DNA from: Mobula hypostoma
Taxonomy: Eukaryota
DNA: 64,000 nt
NCBI RefSeq assembly: GCF_963921235.1
Contig: NC_086097.1
Location: forward strand, 234,734,001 to 234,798,000
Direction: 5' to 3'
The position numbers and the translations under genes are program-made. Shown piece after piece: positions 52,020 through 64,000 of the stretch (the stretch's first letter is position 1; each line of letters begins with the position of its first letter). Under the pieces are notes generated by a model that was not told the DNA's origin, did no database searches, and was given only the letters and a program-made list of their open reading frames with translations.

Positions 52020-52560
52020 TCAGCATGAGATCTGAAACTTTGACAAACTTCTATAGATGTGTGTGGAGAGTATATTGAATAGCCGCAACATTAGTATGGA
52101 AACACCCTTAACCCTGAATGGGAAATCCTACAAAAAGTAGTCGATACAACCCTGTCCATCATGCGTTAAGCCCTCCCCAGCGTTGAGCTCATCTACAGGG
52201 AGCATTGTCGCAGGAAAACAGCATCCATCATCAGGGTCCCCCACCACTCAGGAACTGCTCTCTTCTCACTGCTGCCTTCAGGAAGAAGGTACAGGAGCCT
52301 CAGGACTCACACCAGCAGGCTCAGGGAAAGTTATTACCCTCATCCATCAGGCTCCTGAACTGAGGGGATAACTTCACTCAACTTCACATCATTGAAATAT
52401 TCCCATAAACATTGGACACACTTCATGTACTCTTCAGCCCACGTTCTCGATATTTATTGTCTATTTATTAGTATTATTTATTTTTCTTTCTTTTTATATT
52501 TGCTCATTTAGTAGTCCTTTGCGCACTGTTTGTCTACTCTGTTGATAGTGTCTTTCATTG
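52020..52560 (+). mobile_element. Degenerate Rex1-type 3' fragment
   Basis: ctcttctcactgctgccttcaggaagaaggtacaggagcct (LFSLLPSGRRYRS). Confidence 0.7.
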
Positions 52561-52562
52561 AT

Positions 52563-55500
52563 TACATAGAAGCATAGAAAACCTACAGCACAATACAGGC
52601 CCTTCGGCCCACAAAGCTATGCCGAACACGTCCCGAACTTAGAACTACCCAGGCTTTACCCATAGCCCTCTATCTTTCTAAGCTCCATGTAGCCATCCAG
52701 GAGTATCTTAAAAAAACACTATCGTATCCACCTCCACCAACGCCACCGGCAGCCCATTCCATGCACTCACCACACTCTGCGTAAAAAACTTACCCCTGAC
52801 ATCTCCTCTGTACCTACTTCCAAGCACCTTAAAACCATGCCCTCTTGTGCTAGTCATTTCAGCCCTGGGGAAAAGCCTCTGACTATCCACACGATCAATG
52901 CCTCTCATCATCTTGTACACCTCTGTCAGGTCACCTCTCAACCTCCGTTGCTCCAAGGAGAAAAGGTTGAGTTCACTCAACCTATTCTCATAAGGTATGC
53001 TCCCCATTCCATGCAACATCCTTGTAAATCTCCTCTGCACTCTTTCTATGGTTTCCACATCCTTCCTCTAGTGAGGCGAACAGAATTAAGCACAGTACAC
53101 CAAGTGGGGTCAGACCAGGGTCCTATATGGCTGCAACATTACCTCTCAGTTCTCAAACTCAATCCCAAGATTGATGAAGGCTAATGTACCATATGCCTTC
53201 TTAACCACAGAGTCAACCTGCGTAGCAGCTTTGAGTGTCCTATGGACTCGGACCCCAAGATCCCTCTGAACTTCCACACTTCCAAGAGTCTTACCATTAA
53301 GGATACATTCTGCCATCATATTTGACCTACCAAAATGAACCACCTCACACTTATTTGGGTTAAACTCCATCTGCCACTTCTCAGCCCAGTTTTGCGTCCT
53401 ATCAATGTCCCGTTGTAACCTCTGACAACCCTACACATTATCCACAACACCCTCAACCTTTGTGTTATCAGCAAATTTACTCACTCATCCCTCCACTTCC
53501 TCATCCAGGTCATTTATAAAAATCATGAAGAGTAGGGGTCCCAGAACAGATCCCTGAGGCACTCCACTATTCACCAGCCTCCTTGCAGAATATGACCTGT
53601 CTACAACCACTCTTTGCCTTCTGTGAGCAAGCCAGTTCTGGATTCACAAAGCAATGTCCCCTTGGATCTCATGCCTCCTTACTTTCTTAATCAGCCTTGC
53701 ATGGGGTACCTTATCAAATGCCTTGCTAAAATCCATATACACAACATCTACAGCTCTACCTTCATCAATGTGTTTAGTCACATCCTCAAAAACTTCAATC
53801 AGGCTCGTCAGGCACGACTTGCCTTTGACAAAGCCATGCTGATTATTCCTAATTAAATTATGCCTCTCCAAATGTTCATAAATCCTGCCTCTCAGGTTCT
53901 TCTCCATCAACTTACCAACCACTGAAGTAAGACTCACTGGCCTATAATTTCCTGGGCTATCCCTACTCCCTTTCTTGAATAAGGGAACAACATCCACAAC
54001 CCTCCAATCCTCCAGAACCTCTCCCATCCTCATTGATGATGCAAAGATCATTGCCAGAGTCTCAACAATCTCCTCCCTCATTCCCACAGTGGCCTGGGGT
54101 ACATCCTGTCCAGTCCTGGTGACTTATCCAACTTGATGCTTTCCAAAAGCTCCAGCACATCCTCTTCCTTAATATCTACATGCACAAGCTTTTCAGTTTA
54201 CTGTAAGTCATCCCTACAATTGCCAAGATCCTTTTCCATAGTGAATACTGAAGCAAAGTGTACATTAAGTACCTCCCTATTTCCTCCGGTTCCATACACA
54301 CTTTTCCACTGTCCACTTGGTTGGTCCTATTCTCTCACGTCTTATCCTCTTGCTCTTCACATACTTGTAGAATGCCTTGGGGTTTTCCTTAATCCTGTCT
54401 TCCAAGGCCTTCTCATGGCCCCTCTGGCTCTCCTAATTTCACTCTTAAGCTCCTTCCTGCTAGCCTTATAATCTTCTAGATCTCTGTCATTACCTAGTTT
54501 TTTGAACTTTTTGTCTTATCTAGATTTACAACAGCCTTTGTTCACCATGGATCCTGTACAATACCATCCTTTCCATGTCTCATTGGAATGTACCTATGCA
54601 GAACCCCATGCAAATATCCCCTGAACATTTGCCACATTTCTTCCGTACGTTTCCCTGAGAATATCTGTTTCCAATTTATGCTTCCAAGTTCCTGCCTCAT
54701 ATTTTCCCTTACTCCAATTAAATGTTTCCCTAACTTGTCTGTTCCTATCCCTCTCCAATGCTACGGTAAAGGAGATAGAATTGCGATCACTATCTCCAAA
54801 ATATTCTCCTACTGACAGACCTGACATCTGACCAGGTTCATTTCCCAATTCCAGATCAAGTACAGCCTCTCCTCTTTTAGGCTTATCTACATATAGTGTC
54901 AATAAACCTTCCTGAACACCCCTAACAAACTCTACCCCATCTAAACCTCTCACACTAGGGAGGTGCCAATCAATATTTGGGAAATTAAAATCTTCCACCA
55001 CAACAACTCTGTTATTATTACTCCTTTCCAGAATCTGTCTCCTTTTTTGCTCCTCGATGTCCCTGTTACTATTAGGTGGTCTATAAAAAACACCCAGCAG
55101 AGTTATTGACCCTTTCCTATTCCTAACTTCTGCCCACAGAGACTTCATAGACAACCCTTCCATGACTTCCTCCTTTTCTGCAGCCATGACACTATCTCTG
55201 ATCAGCAGTACCACTCCCCCACCTCTTTTGCCTCCCTCCCTGTCCTTTCTGAAACATCTAAAGCCTGGCACTTGAAGTAGCCATTCCTGCCCCTGCACCA
55301 TCCATGTCTCTAATGGGTAATGGCCACAACATCGTAGCTCCAAGTGCTGATCCACGCTCTAAGCTCATCCGCTTTATTCATGATACTCCTCTCATTAAAA
55401 TAGACACATCTCAAACCATCGGTCTGAGTGCGTCCCTTCTCTATCACCTGCCTATCCTCTCTTTCACACTGTCTCCAAGCTTTCTCTATTTGTGAGCCAA

Positions 55501-56333
55501 CCTCCCTTTCCTCCGCCACGTCAGTTCGGTTCCCACCCCCCAGCAATTCTAGTTTAAACTCTCCTCAATAGCCTTATCATAGCTATCATGTTTGCTGTTG
55601 TGTGCTGGGGCAGCAGGATGAAGGTAGCAGACACAAACAGAATTAACAAACTCATTCGTAAGGCCAGTGATGTTGTGGGGATGGAACTGGGCTATCTGAC
55701 GGTGGTGTCTGAAAAGAGGATGCTGTCCAAGTTGCACGCCATCTTGGACAATGTCTCCCATCCACTACATAATGTACTGGGTGGGCACAGGAGTACATTC
55801 AGCCAGAGACTCATTCCACCGAGATGCAACACAGAGCATCATAGGAAGGCATTCCTGCCTGTGGCCATCAAACTTTACCGCTCCTCCCTTGGAGAGTCAG
55901 ACACCCTGAGCCAATAGGCTGGTCCTGGACTTATTTCCTGGCGTAATTTACATATTACTATTTAACTATTTATGGTTTTATTACTATTTATTATTTATGG
56001 TGCAACTGTAACGAAAACCAATTTTCCCCGGGATCAATAAAGTATGACTATGGCTATTAGCAAATCTTCCTACCAGGATATTGGTCACCCTTGAATTCAA
56101 GTGCAACCCATCCTCTTTGTACAGGTCACTCCTGCCCCAAAAGAAGTCCCAATGATCCAGAAATCTGAATCCCTCAGCCACACATTTATCCTCCACCTCA
56201 TTCTATTCTTATACTCACTGTCACATGGCACAGGCAGTAATCTCAAGATTACTACCTTTGATGTCCTACTTCTCAACTTCTTTCCTAACTCCCTGTTGTC
56301 TGTTTTCAGGACCTCCTCCCTTTTCCTACCTAT
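52563..56333 (-). mobile_element. Near full-length CR1 (ORF1 end, endonuclease, RT, tail), degenerate
   Basis: DGLHLN, GVFYRPPNS, EDFNFP, GDSDR, NYRPVSLTS, YMDFSKAFDKVPH. Confidence 0.92.
55583..56052 (+). mobile_element. Rex1-type 3' fragment nested in CR1
   Basis: Near-identical to 35491-35954. Confidence 0.88.
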
Positions 56334-56892
56334 AGATTCCACTATGGTTACTGGATTTATTGAGCATGCCCGCAAAAAAATGAATCTCAGGGTTGTATAT
56401 GATCATGTATATATACTTAAGTACTTTGATAAGTTTACTTTGAACTTTGTACTTTGAACTCTCAACTAAAATTAATGTATTGCTTTCATTTTTGAAAAGT
56501 AACTACCTTTGTTCTGTAAATTGCATTAGGGAGAAGGAAAAAAAAGAGCTAGCATCCTGCAAGGACACCAATGTGCTAAATGGTAAAGTAATCCTGCATT
56601 GAAATTGCAGGAAACAAGACAAATACAACATGCAATATGTGCACTGGGATGTCCAACAAACAGCAGTGAAATCAATGCCCAGATAATCTATTTCATTTTG
56701 AGACACAGCACGGTACCGGGCCAAATAAAACCACACCACCCAGTTACTCCCACTTGATCAATTAATCTGCTAACCTGAACGTCTTTGGATAGTAGGAGGA
56801 AATCAGAGTTCCCAGAGGAAAACCAACGTGGTCAGGGAGAGGACGTACAGACTCCTTACCAACGGAGGTGGGAAATGAACTAAGGTCACTGG

Positions 56893-57026
56893 TAACAACA
56901 GGAACTCTGCAGATGCTGGAAATTCAAGCAACACACATCGAAGTTGCTGTTGAACACAGCAGGCCAGGCAGCATCTCTAGGAAGAGGTACAGTCGACGTT
57001 TCAGGCCGAGACCCTTCGTCAGGACT
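56893..57026 (-). mobile_element. 134-bp hammerhead-plus-tail PLE insertion inside a tRNA-SINE
   Basis: TSD actgg at 56888-56892 and 57027-57031; SINE sequence resumes after it. Confidence 0.85.
56991..57026 (-). ncRNA. Minimal hammerhead ribozyme, intact core
   Basis: Reverse complement reads agtcctgacgaagggtctcggcctgaaacgtcgact. Confidence 0.85.
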
Positions 57027-57225
57027 ACTGGCTCTGTACAGCATTACACTAACCGCTAGGCTACTGTTCTGCTTATTCTGGTGGACAGATAAATATAAGC
57101 AAAAACATACAATTTTTTATCCAAATGGCTAAGGGATATTTTACATGTATGTGGGAGGACAAAGTGTGTGTGTTCAACTTTTCATTCAAAAGATGACACT
57201 TCCAAAGGTGCAGCTTTCTCTAGAC

Positions 57226-57304
57226 CAGAGGTTCTCAAACGGGGGTCCACAGTCCCCTTGCTTAATGGTATTGGCCCATGGCATAAAGAGGCTGGAAACC
57301 CCTG
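57226..57304. mobile_element. 79-bp hAT/Charlie-type MITE
   Basis: Imperfect terminal inverted repeats cagaggtt.../...aacccctg; 8-bp TSD ctctagac at 57218-57225 and 57305-57312. Confidence 0.88.
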
Positions 57305-60300
57305 CTCTAGACCCTCCGCAGAAATGTTAATACATTCTGATGGACTACGTGTTCAAGTTTCTGGGATTGAGTTTGCACCACCATCCGTCTAACTATGAAG
57401 TTGATCTCAGAGCTGAGAGTTAACAAATGTATAACTGAGCACTTCTGAACAAGGTTTAATTTTAAGTTTCAAAAACGTATGTTTTACTTGTAAGTGAAGC
57501 TCGGAGACATTAGTGTGTCTTATTATAAGGGGGAGGAGATACAACGGAGGAGGAGTAGGTCAGACAGTAAGAGAACTAAAGAAAAAGATTAGCTTAATTT
57601 GTCACATGTACATTGAAATATACAGAGAAATGAATCCTATGTGTCAAATTCCATCAGTGAAGACTGTTCTGGGCACGGTGCAAGTGTCACCATACTTCTG
57701 CACTAACATTGCATGCCCACAGTTCACTTACCCTAACCGTACATCTTTGGAATGTGGGAGAAAACTAGAGCACCCAGAAATAACCTACCTACACAGTCAC
57801 ATGTAAAATGTACGAACTCCTTACAGACGGAGAAGGAAATCAAACCCTGATTTTACAGTGGAGCTGTAAAGTGTTCGAAGACCATCATCCCCGACCTCGA
57901 GGGATAGCCACGATGACGGAAAGTGTTGCACTAACCGCCATGCTACCATGCTGTTCCCTATTCATCAAATTGCATTTTCATTATTTATCATTCTATTTCC
58001 CTTTTCTTTTTACAATAGATTGTGATGGATATTCCTGCTTCTCCAAGAGTTTAAGTCATTGGAATCCCATTTATTTCCCACTTGTTTGCTAATACTGCAT
58101 TGCTTTGTGCTTCTCTCTGAGAGGATATGCAGTGTGTGTCTAGAAATATGTCCATTTAATGTACCTGCTCAGGTTGAATCTCTGGCAGCATGTGAAATCT
58201 GTAAGAAGTGACTGAGGCGTGTGGATTTGTGTTCAAGTGCAATGGGTAACTCCCAATCTGATTGATTGGTTTGCTGTAACTATGGTTTGTAGTCCAGCTG
58301 TTGGGAAATAGGTTTGATGAAGTATATCCTGATAATAACTCCATATATAGCATCAGTAAGCAATTTTTATAACAATACCGTGTTCCTCACTTCTAATGTT
58401 GATGTGAATTTTACGGCTCTGTCTACTGTGCTTGAAAAGTCTCTTGGTCTCCTTTGGAGAGGACATCCTTTCTTATCAAACTGGTTGACTAAGATACATT
58501 AGAGCAACAAGTGAAAACTGAATTGTCCATTGTGCCCTTCAATCACTTCTATCTGGTTACTGGGTGTGTGATTGAGGAATTGCATTACTGACAATCAATG
58601 TGATCAGCATCGACTGAATATTGAAAGTATGAATATGAGGCCAGAGTGCAATTATGTCCCAAAATGAGTCAAGAGAACGTAGGTTAGCCATACATCAAAG
58701 TTTCAGCATTCATTATTCGGTGCTGTCCAGTTTCTTCACCTGCATTTTGTCCTTTGGGTATACAGGCAGTTTGACATTGAAAATGTTTTTTTAATAGTTC
58801 TCGAGAAACTTTCTAGGCTCTGTGAAACAATGCGTTACATTCAATTTTAATTAGCTGAAACATCATTAGACAGAATAACACATGTTATACAGCTTTCAAG
58901 GGCTATTGATTAGTTCAGAGAGCTGCTATCATAAAGTACCACAGGCACTTTTTAAGCTCCCTCATAGCTTTCCTTATGTAATTCAGAATTACTTGGAAGA
59001 CGAAACTGTGAAATAAAAAGTTTCCCAGCCTCCCAAAATGTTAAGTCCAATTCAGTGCATGAAATTACAGGGACTGTTTACCTTTTATTGATCTGGCCAA
59101 CCTTGATTAAATCAAAAGAAATCTTTGGACAATCTTTGGGAACTTAACTATTTAAGGAGTATTACATACAATACTGTAAAGGTGCCATAAGAGCACGTGT
59201 CATAAGTTACTTCAAGGGCACTTTTATCCAAGTTAAAAAAAAACATCCACAATCTATTTTTACTCTTTTGATCTTCTAATGACAAGCTCAGGTCATTCCT
59301 TTCATGAGCTTAATGGTGCATTAAACTTTGGCATATTATCCAAATCTGCTTTTCTGCTTTGCATTTAAATTTCTTTGTTTGCAGCAGTTGATATAGCTCA
59401 GTATCACTTTGCAATTTTTAGAGCTATTGTTAATATCTCCTGATTTTCACTTTTAACTATATAGAATATTTGGGACATTTTTTTCCTCATTTCTTAGTTT
59501 AATTAAAATCTCAATAAAAACACATTCCTTCCGTATTTTGATGAGCATTTAATTAACAAAATATGTAAAGCCTCTTAGATCAGATAGTTTAGCCTAAAAA
59601 ATTAACACAAATTTCCAGTTTTACTATCCAACATCTAACTATTTTGCATACAATTTATAGATAATAGTTTTTCAATCCATAATAATATCATGGTGTTTTA
59701 AAAATACTATCAGTTAAATTATGGTACCATGATACTGCATGGAAAATGTAAAGAGATAATATTTTGATACAGTTAGTTGAAACCATGTGAAAAAAATCCC
59801 AAGATTTACACCACTTAGTTAAAACTACTTTTTCCCATGCATCCGGGCCCTTTTTCTTTACCAAATGGAGAATTAAAGATATTCAAAAGTTAGTAATCTG
59901 GAATGGTAAATTGTAATTAATTCTTCCTCTAAGTAGAGGTTAAATCATTTCTATTGGATTGAAAATCATTCATTTTAGGAATGGAAACTGGAATTGGTTT
60001 ATTATTGTCACATATACTGAATTACAGTGAAAAGCTTGCTTTGCATACTGTTCATTACAATCAGTTCATTGAGGTAGAACAAGGTAAAGCAACAAAAATG
60101 CAACAGCTACAGAGAAAGTGCAGTGCAGGTAAACGATAATGTGCAAGATCATAACGAGATGGATTGTGTGATCTACAGTCCATCTTATTGTACTAGGGAA
60201 CTATTTAATGGTCATTGGGATAGAAGCCGTCCTTGAGTCTGGTTGTACGTGCTTTCAGGCTTTTATCCTCGCACTGTAAACTATGGAGCAAACCTAGCCA

Positions 60301-60451
60301 ACAAAGTAACATTAATGCATCTAGCTCAAACTAAAAATTAATAAAATGATACAAGCTTTAAAAATCAGAAACACTGCAATGCCAACAGCAGCAGTTGTCT
60401 CTTACTCAATAATAACAGATATGAGTCTACTACAACTTTGAATCCAAACTT

Positions 60452-60478
60452 GTAATAATAATAATAATAATAATAATA
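60452..60478. repeat. (TAA)n microsatellite
   Basis: Directly visible. Confidence 0.9.
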
Positions 60479-60793
60479 CTGGCAGTGACAGTATTCATAA
60501 TTATTGGTATTAAAATTTACTTGCCTTCATATGTACCTATAAATACAGATCTATTTTTTTTAATCCTGAAAAAGTACCCAAAGTTTTGACAGAAGGTAAA
60601 ACATATCTCTTACCTAATGGAGAAATCACATCAAAACATCGGCCTTTGACTTGTTTACAGACTATATATAAAATTATAACATTGTGCGTTTTGCAACTAA
60701 TCACCACGCACTTAGATAAAAACAGTATACTTACTGAAGAACAGAGAGGATATGAAAGGGTATGAAAGTATGTAAGGAAAAACTGATAATAGT

Positions 60794-61381
60794 TGTTAAC
60801 TGATAACTGATAATAGATAATACTAGATTCGGCTTGCGGCTTAATCTTGGGGAAGACAGCCTCCGGCCCGGCCAAACTTAATAAATCTTGTTTGTGTGGA
60901 TGCTGAGTGATGTGTTCCCTGTTACAAATCAGTACCACAGAATAACAAACAGTCCACAATATGCAATTAAACGATTGAGCTTTATAATTCTTAATTTGAT
61001 TATAGGGATAGTGAAGAAAACTGAAAAGAAAAAGGGCCCATTCTCATGAAACAGTCTAATGCGCAAAGTTGGAGCTCATGGTTTTCCAGTCTGTTCGTTC
61101 TCCATCGATTCCCACCTCTACCCCCAGGGTGTCGGCTCCCAACCCCATGCCAAGTCCACTCCATCCTGCAGTCTACAACATCCCCATTCTGGCATCTTCT
61201 CTCTCCATCTCCCATCAAACAAAAGACCGCAAAACCTTCTCTTGGGCACACAAGAAAGAAAAACATCTCCCCTCATTGGCTGGTGCACATTCCAAAGCCC
61301 CGTTATCTCTAGTCGTAACCCAAACACTGCACTACAGAGAAATCATTGTATTAGCAAGGAAACCTTTCCCAGGTCGTTTCA
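60794..61381 (-). mobile_element. Solo LTR (588 bp)
   Basis: TG...CA ends; 5-bp TSD atagt/ataga; removing it restores the LIIDS reading frame; orientation inferred. Confidence 0.75.
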
Positions 61382-61494
61382 ATAGATTCTTTCATTCTAA
61401 ACCAAGCCCAGAGGAAAAGCAGAAACCTTTAACGTTGTGATTTTGACTACCAAAACACATTTGATTCTGTCCAACACTTATGGTTAATATGACG

Positions 61495-61765
61495 TGAGGG
61501 CCTCTGTCAGTCAGAATTAACCATGGATATTGCATCCAAGCTGTCCAGATATGCAAGCCTGGCAGTATGATATGGAGAGCAAGCTATTCCTCGTGTAGCA
61601 AGCTCCCCTCCTCTATGCATCTGAGAAACTCAAAGGAATGGCAGAGACCATTGCAGTTTGGTACCAGCAGCATTGCAGGAATTGCCAGTCAACTCTAAGC
61701 CTACTATCATTTGGTACCGGCAGCAATGCAGTTTTCAGGGCAACTCTAAGCCTACTATCATTTTG
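61495..61765 (-). mobile_element. SINE-like fragment with an internal duplication of about 53 bp
   Basis: tttggtacc...caactctaagcctactatcatt occurs twice; interrupts the R4-like element. Confidence 0.5.
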
Positions 61766-63089
61766 TCTAGCTTTAAACCTGCTCTTGTCCATGGAAGAAA
61801 TCCCTGTGATGTGACAAGATTAGTTGTTGACAAGGAAGCAACGAAGGCCTGGCTCAGAGTTGGAGATCTCTTAGCAGAAAAAGAAGGGTTCCTTGTGACA
61901 ATACAGGACCAGGTGGTTAACACAAAAACTTATTAAAAATACAGAATAAAAGATCAACAAATTCAAGATGATAAATGCAGAAAATGCCAAGAGAAACCTG
62001 AAACAATCCAACACTTTACAAGATCCTGCAACAGTTGAACTCAATCTGATTACTTACAATCAAGTGGCAAACATCATTCACCAAAATCTTGCTTTAAAAT
62101 ACAAACTCTAAAAGACACCATACCTTACAATAAATGCAAACCCAATCCACTTTTAGAATCAAAGTCCTACAAATTATATTATTACTGATCCATTATTACA
62201 GATGGGACAATCCAATGTAACCTTCCGGATATAATATTACAGAATACATAAGCAGAAACAACTTACTTAATACTGTAGATATAGCCATTGTATGCCTTTA
62301 TTTTCTTGTAAATGCCTACAAGTAAGGGGAAGTTAATACATGAGAGAGGAAAGAATGGGAGATGATGCTAAATGGCTAAATGAAATACACTGAGAAAAGC
62401 ATAACACCGCTAAAGAACAACTGCATCAAATGGACGTTCTGTAAATGTGTACATAATTCTACTGAGATAATTCAGTTTGACATTTAATAACTTGTGCAAC
62501 CTCTTTTCTTAGTCATCTTCATTTCAAATCAGATGCATCCGGAACATCAACTTAATCAGTCATTCTTGAAACTCAATTTTTTGATACCAGTGATCAGTCT
62601 CCTCAAGTCTTGATGACAAAATGTGAATGCAAATTTTAAAATCACAATTTCAACTTAATTATTTATTTTATTTAGAGATACAGCATGATAACAGGTCCAT
62701 CCAATTGAATGGGTCCGTGCCACCCAATGTGACCAATTAACCTCCTAACCTGCATGTCCTTCGATTGTGGGACAAAACCAAAGCGTCCAGAGGAAATCAC
62801 ATGGTCACGGGAATAATGTACAAACTCCATACATGCAGTGGCAGAAATGAACCCGGTAGCTAGCAGGGACACTTATTTACATTAATTCTGCATTCAGTCC
62901 TTTCTATTTCCTTTTTTACATTAGATTAGATTTGTTATATCATTCGCATGTCATTGAAACATCAAAACATACAGTGAAATGTGTCATTTGTGTCAACAAC
63001 CAACACAGCCCGAAGATGTTGTCACGCTTCCGGCATCAACGTAGTATGTTCACAACTTTCCTAACTTTAACCCACACATCTTTTGGAAT

Positions 63090-63688
63090 ATAGACCATAA
63101 GACCATAAGATATAGGAGCAGAACTAGGCTGCTTGTCCCATCGAGTGTGCTCCACTATTTTATCACGGCAGATCCATTTTACTCTCAGCCCCAATTTGCT
63201 GCCTTCTCCCCATATCCCTTCATGACCTAACCAATCAAAAATCTATCAACCTCTGCCTTAAATATACATAAAGATTTGTCCTCCACAGCTGCCTGTAGCA
63301 AAGAATTGCACAGATTCACCACTCTGGCTAAAGAAATTCCTCCTCATCTCCATTCTGAAAGGAAGACTCTCTATTCTGAGGCTGTGTCCTCTGGTCTTAG
63401 ACTCTTCCACCATAGGAAACATCCTCTCCACATCCACTCTATCAAGGACTTTCACCATTTGATAGGTTTCAATGAGGTCACCCCTCATTCTTCTGAAATC
63501 TAGTGAATACAGGCCCAGAGCCATCACACACTCTTCGTATGACAAGCCCTTCAATCCTGGAATTACCTTCGTGAACCTCCACTGAACCCTCTCCAGTTTC
63601 AGCTCATCTTTTCTCAGATAAGAAGCCCAAAACTGTTCACAATACTCCAGGTGAGGCCTCACCAGTGCTTTATGAAGTCTCAATATTA
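63090..63688 (-). mobile_element. CR1 3' fragment
   Basis: ORF 63258-63722 motifs; (tcttatgg)n tail. Confidence 0.9.
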
Positions 63689-64000
63689 CTACTGCAGTTG
63701 TACAAGGCCTTGGTGAGACCACACCTGGAGTATTGTGTGCAGTTTTGGTCCCCTAATCTGAGGAAAGACATCTTTGCCATAGAGGGAGTACAAAGAAGGT
63801 TCACCAGATTGATTCCTGGGATGGCAGGACTTTCATATGAAGAAAGACTGGATGAACTGGGCTTGTACTCGTTGGAATTTAGAAGATTGAGGGGGGATCT
63901 GATTGAAACGTATAAAATCCTAAAGGGATTGGACAGGCTAGATGCAGGAAGATTGTTCCCGACGTTGGGGAAGGCCAGAACGAGGGGCCACAGTTTGAGG
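63689..64000 (+). mobile_element. Young CR1 3' fragment running off the window
   Basis: Near-identical to 25940-26250. Confidence 0.9.

Larger units (their letters stand above)
60540..62290 (+). mobile_element. Decayed R4/Dong(Rex6)-like non-LTR element (RT pieces, CCHC knuckle, restriction-like endonuclease)
   Basis: Manual translation gives LTEGKTYLLP..HRPLTCLQTIYKI..LTEEQRG; KEKLIIDS..DYQNTFDSVQH; EGFLVTIQDQVVNT; CRKCQEKPETIQH..SC; PDIIL. Confidence 0.75.

Overview
This is eukaryotic DNA, not prokaryotic. The repeat families suggest a vertebrate, most likely a cartilaginous fish such as a ray (inference). The window is intron-like or intergenic and packed with nested retroelements: CR1 LINEs (two young RT-encoding copies and several with an SGNH-esterase ORF1), Rex1/Babar LINE fragments, a decayed Gypsy element, an R4/Dong-like element, a solo LTR, tRNA-SINEs, and hAT and mariner MITEs. 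The main signal is a family of Penelope-like elements (PLE, GIY-YIG endonuclease) carrying a minimal type-I hammerhead ribozyme (AGUC-CUGACGA-AGGGUCUCGGCCU-GAAA-CGUC^GACU). About 13 copies occur, 4 with an intact core. One is a young 1.87 kb palindromic, RT-less, endonuclease-only insertion (30849-32714) with a 15-bp target-site duplication (TSD); others are tiny ribozyme-plus-tail insertions. A recent 1585-bp tandem duplication has its differences clustered at the ribozyme. No host gene could be identified. A strong RFX X-box with a candidate first exon lies near 3.2 kb, and there are weak minus-strand exon candidates. Boundaries of old repeats are approximate (tens of bp).
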